DNA of 55,029 nucleotides from a virus (Duplodnaviria; Heunggongvirae; Uroviricota; Caudoviricetes): IMG/VR virus record IMGVR_UViG_2859793810_000007; one strand, 5' to 3'. Shown piece by piece: positions 52,495 to 55,029 of this stretch (position 1 is its first letter; each line of letters starts with the position of its first letter). The notes under the pieces were generated by a model. It saw only the letters and a program-made list of their open reading frames with translations, ran no database searches and was not told where the DNA came from. The position numbers and the translations under genes were made by a program.

Positions 52495-53880
52495 TTACTT
52501 GCCTGTGACCGCTGCTGCCGTTCCTGGCACCATCAGCTCTGTAGCAACGATAACAATCACTAGCCCAACAAGCACCGGCACCGAGGTGCGTTTTACGACT
52601 TCAAATGGTGAGATTTTCGCCATCCCGGCAACCGCAACGACTACGCCAGAAACGGGTGATAGGGTACGACCCAGGTTTGACGCCTGCAGCATCGGGATAG
52701 TCAAATACGCCGGGTTAATGCCGGAAGAGTGCGCCAGTTTCGGGATCATCTCAACAAACGCATAAAACGGCGCATTGCCTGAACCGGTCGTGACTGCCGC
52801 CAGCATGGTCAGAATCACCAATACCAGCATCAGGATGATACTCGCCGAACCAAACGAGGTAGCGATAGAAATCAGACTTTGAATAAAGCCGATGGTGCTA
52901 AGCCCCTGAGCGAATACCCCAGCGGCAACCAGCAGCATCACCACGTTAGCAAACGCATCTGCCATCCCGCGATAAGCCACTTCCAGACCAGAGAAAACTT
53001 TCTGGGTATTAAAGCTGCGGAGGAACTCCAGAATGGAGGCAATCAGCATACAAATCACCAGAATAGTGATGATGTGTAATTGCGGACCCCATTTACCGTC
53101 AAAAATCAGTACACCGATGATCGGCGTGAACGGCAAAATGGCATAAAACGCGGGGGCAGTGGTGGTGATTTCACTGACATCTAACATTTCATGAGAGATG
53201 TGCTCTTTTTTATCCAGATAACGTTGCCAGAAGAAGTGGGCGATCGCCATGCCGATAATTGCAGCAATTGAGATAGGCAGCGTCGTTTTGAAGGCGAAGT
53301 CAATCAGCGACATTTCGGAAGCCTGCGCCGCCAGCACCACATCCCCTGAAGTCGGTGCGAGAATAATCGCCGCCGGGGAGGCACAAATGGCAGCTGCTGC
53401 GCCACGACTGATACCAACGTTTACCATCACCGGAAACAGGGTTGCCATCAGCAAAACCCCCAGACCGGTTGCGGAAGAGACGGCCAGTGACATCAGACAA
53501 GCAACAAAATAGGCGGCAATCATCAGCAGGTAAGGGGAGTTAATATACTGCAATGGTTTTGACGCCAGCTTGACCACCATATCATTCGCGCCGATATGGG
53601 TCATGTAAGCGGCAAAGCCACACAGCATCATAATCATCATGCCGAGGTCGCCGCCGCGGCTCATTAGTAATATTTTAACGTATTCAACGATATCCGTGGC
53701 GCTGTAGCCTGTTGAAGCCTGGCTGGACGGTAACACTTTGTGCCCCATAATGGCACTGATAATCAGCAATAACAGGCCACCGACAAATAACACACCAGTG
53801 GCGGAATACCCTTTAATGATGTAGCGAGCCACACCCACAATAACCACAACCCCAATAAGGAGTTCAATGAATGTCAGCAT
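52495..53880 (-). CDS. dcuC: anaerobic C4-dicarboxylate transporter DcuC
   Basis: 461 aa from MLTFIELLIGVVVIVGVARYIIKG...; multi-pass membrane protein; ATG at 53878-53880. Confidence 0.9.
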   Translation of the reverse strand: MLTFIELLIGVVVIVGVARYIIKGYSATGVLFVGGLLLLIISAIMGHKVLPSSQASTGYSATDIVEYVKILLMSRGGDLGMMIMMLCGFAAYMTHIGANDMVVKLASKPLQYINSPYLLMIAAYFVACLMSLAVSSATGLGVLLMATLFPVMVNVGISRGAAAAICASPAAIILAPTSGDVVLAAQASEMSLIDFAFKTTLPISIAAIIGMAIAHFFWQRYLDKKEHISHEMLDVSEITTTAPAFYAILPFTPIIGVLIFDGKWGPQLHIITILVICMLIASILEFLRSFNTQKVFSGLEVAYRGMADAFANVVMLLVAAGVFAQGLSTIGFIQSLISIATSFGSASIILMLVLVILTMLAAVTTGSGNAPFYAFVEMIPKLAHSSGINPAYLTIPMLQASNLGRTLSPVSGVVVAVAGMAKISPFEVVKRTSVPVLVGLVIVIVATELMVPGTAAAVTGK

Positions 53881-54468
53881 AATTTTTCCTGTCTCCAGGC
53901 CCAAAGTAAATAATAAAAACTTCCTAAAGCTTAAGGAAAAAATATGCCCAATAAATTGGCGATGAATGCTGATTAAAATCAAGAAAAACTGCCATTAAGA
54001 CATTGAAGTTGCTGTTTTTATACATAGATAACAAAACGCATATTTAGCGGTTGGCAATTATCACATAATAATGTGTGTAAATTGATGGTGGATTGATGCA
54101 AATTTGTTAATTGCAATGGTGTTAGTTGCGGCTGTGCGCTCAAAAAATAATCTAATATGAGCATGGGTTGACGATATATATTATATACTTCGTTAAGATG
54201 ATTGTTGTATCTCGTTAAAAAAATAAAATAATTTTTCCTTGATTGCATTTTGTCATCAAAAAAGACTTGGTTTTTCTTTTTTGACTATTCCCATCGCAGA
54301 AAACGACGCATCATCTTTAATCGATGCGCGGAAATATTTAACTTGAACAAGCGGAAATAAATAGAGCAGCTATTCAGATTATTCTTTATGTTGGGTCTAT
54401 TAAGGTTATGTTAATTGTAGCTTTGCTATGCTAGTAGTAGATTTTTGATAAATGTTTTATGGTCACAA

Positions 54469-55029
54469 ATGAACGTGAGTAAATATGTCGCTATCTTTTC
54501 CTTTGTTTTTATTCAGTTAATCAGCGTTGGTAAAGTTTTTGCTAACGCAGATGAGAGGATGACAACGTTTAGAGAAAATATTGCACAAACCTGGCAACAG
54601 CCTGAACATTATGATTTATATATTCCTGCCATCACCTGGCATGCACGTTTCGCTTACGACAAAGAAAAAACCGATCGCTATAACGAGCGACCGTGGGGTG
54701 GCGGTTTTGGCCTGTCGCGTTGGGATGAAAAAGGAAACTGGCATGGCCTGTATGCCATGGCATTTAAGGACTCGTGGAACAAATGGGAACCGATTGCCGG
54801 ATACGGATGGGAAAGTACCTGGCGACCGCTGGCGGATGAAAATTTTCATTTAGGTCTGGGATTCACCGCTGGCGTAACGGCACGCGATAACTGGAATTAC
54901 ATCCCTCTCCCGGTTCTACTGCCATTGGCCTCCGTGGGTTATGGCCCAGTGACTTTTCAGATGACCTACATTCCGGGTACCTACAACAATGGCAATGTGT
55001 ACTTTGCCTGGATGCGCTTTCAGTTTTGA
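54469..55029 (+). CDS. pagP: lipid A palmitoyltransferase PagP
   Basis: 186 aa from [25 protein letters not shown]...; ends ...YFAWMRFQF with stop at window end. Confidence 0.9.
   Translation: MNVSKYVAIFSFVFIQLISVGKVFANADERMTTFRENIAQTWQQPEHYDLYIPAITWHARFAYDKEKTDRYNERPWGGGFGLSRWDEKGNWHGLYAMAFKDSWNKWEPIAGYGWESTWRPLADENFHLGLGFTAGVTARDNWNYIPLPVLLPLASVGYGPVTFQMTYIPGTYNNGNVYFAWMRFQF

Overview
Shigella/E. coli-type chromosomal segment dominated by decayed, IS-scrambled prophage DNA. From the left: chromosomal ybhB and a lambda-type attR; a defective lambda-like prophage on the minus strand carrying an ipaH (IpaH-family E3 ligase) cargo gene, tail and head genes (J, tape measure H and portal B each split by a single frameshift), terminase A, a Nu1 fragment, then IS600 replacing the cos region, followed by Rz/Rz1 remnants, SAR endolysin, an unknown 209-aa gene, S21-type pinholin, a four-tRNA array, Q, NinH and DnaB/DnaC-like replication genes. 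The right half is a mosaic bounded by IS911 (x2), IS600 (x3) and IS2: a truncated primase-helicase gene that carries an intein with LAGLIDADG motifs, a second holin fragment/tRNA array/Q-position gene from another lambdoid phage, a Mu-like head module (terminase large subunit split by IS2), and the Mu-like left end (c, ner, IS-truncated A) inserted into dpiA, followed by chromosomal dcuC and pagP. Most notable: the intein, the unknown gene between holin and endolysin, and clear signatures of IS-mediated deletion and inversion. Coordinates of non-ORF features were counted by hand and may be off by 1-2 nt; protein identities are from recalled family knowledge, not database searches.
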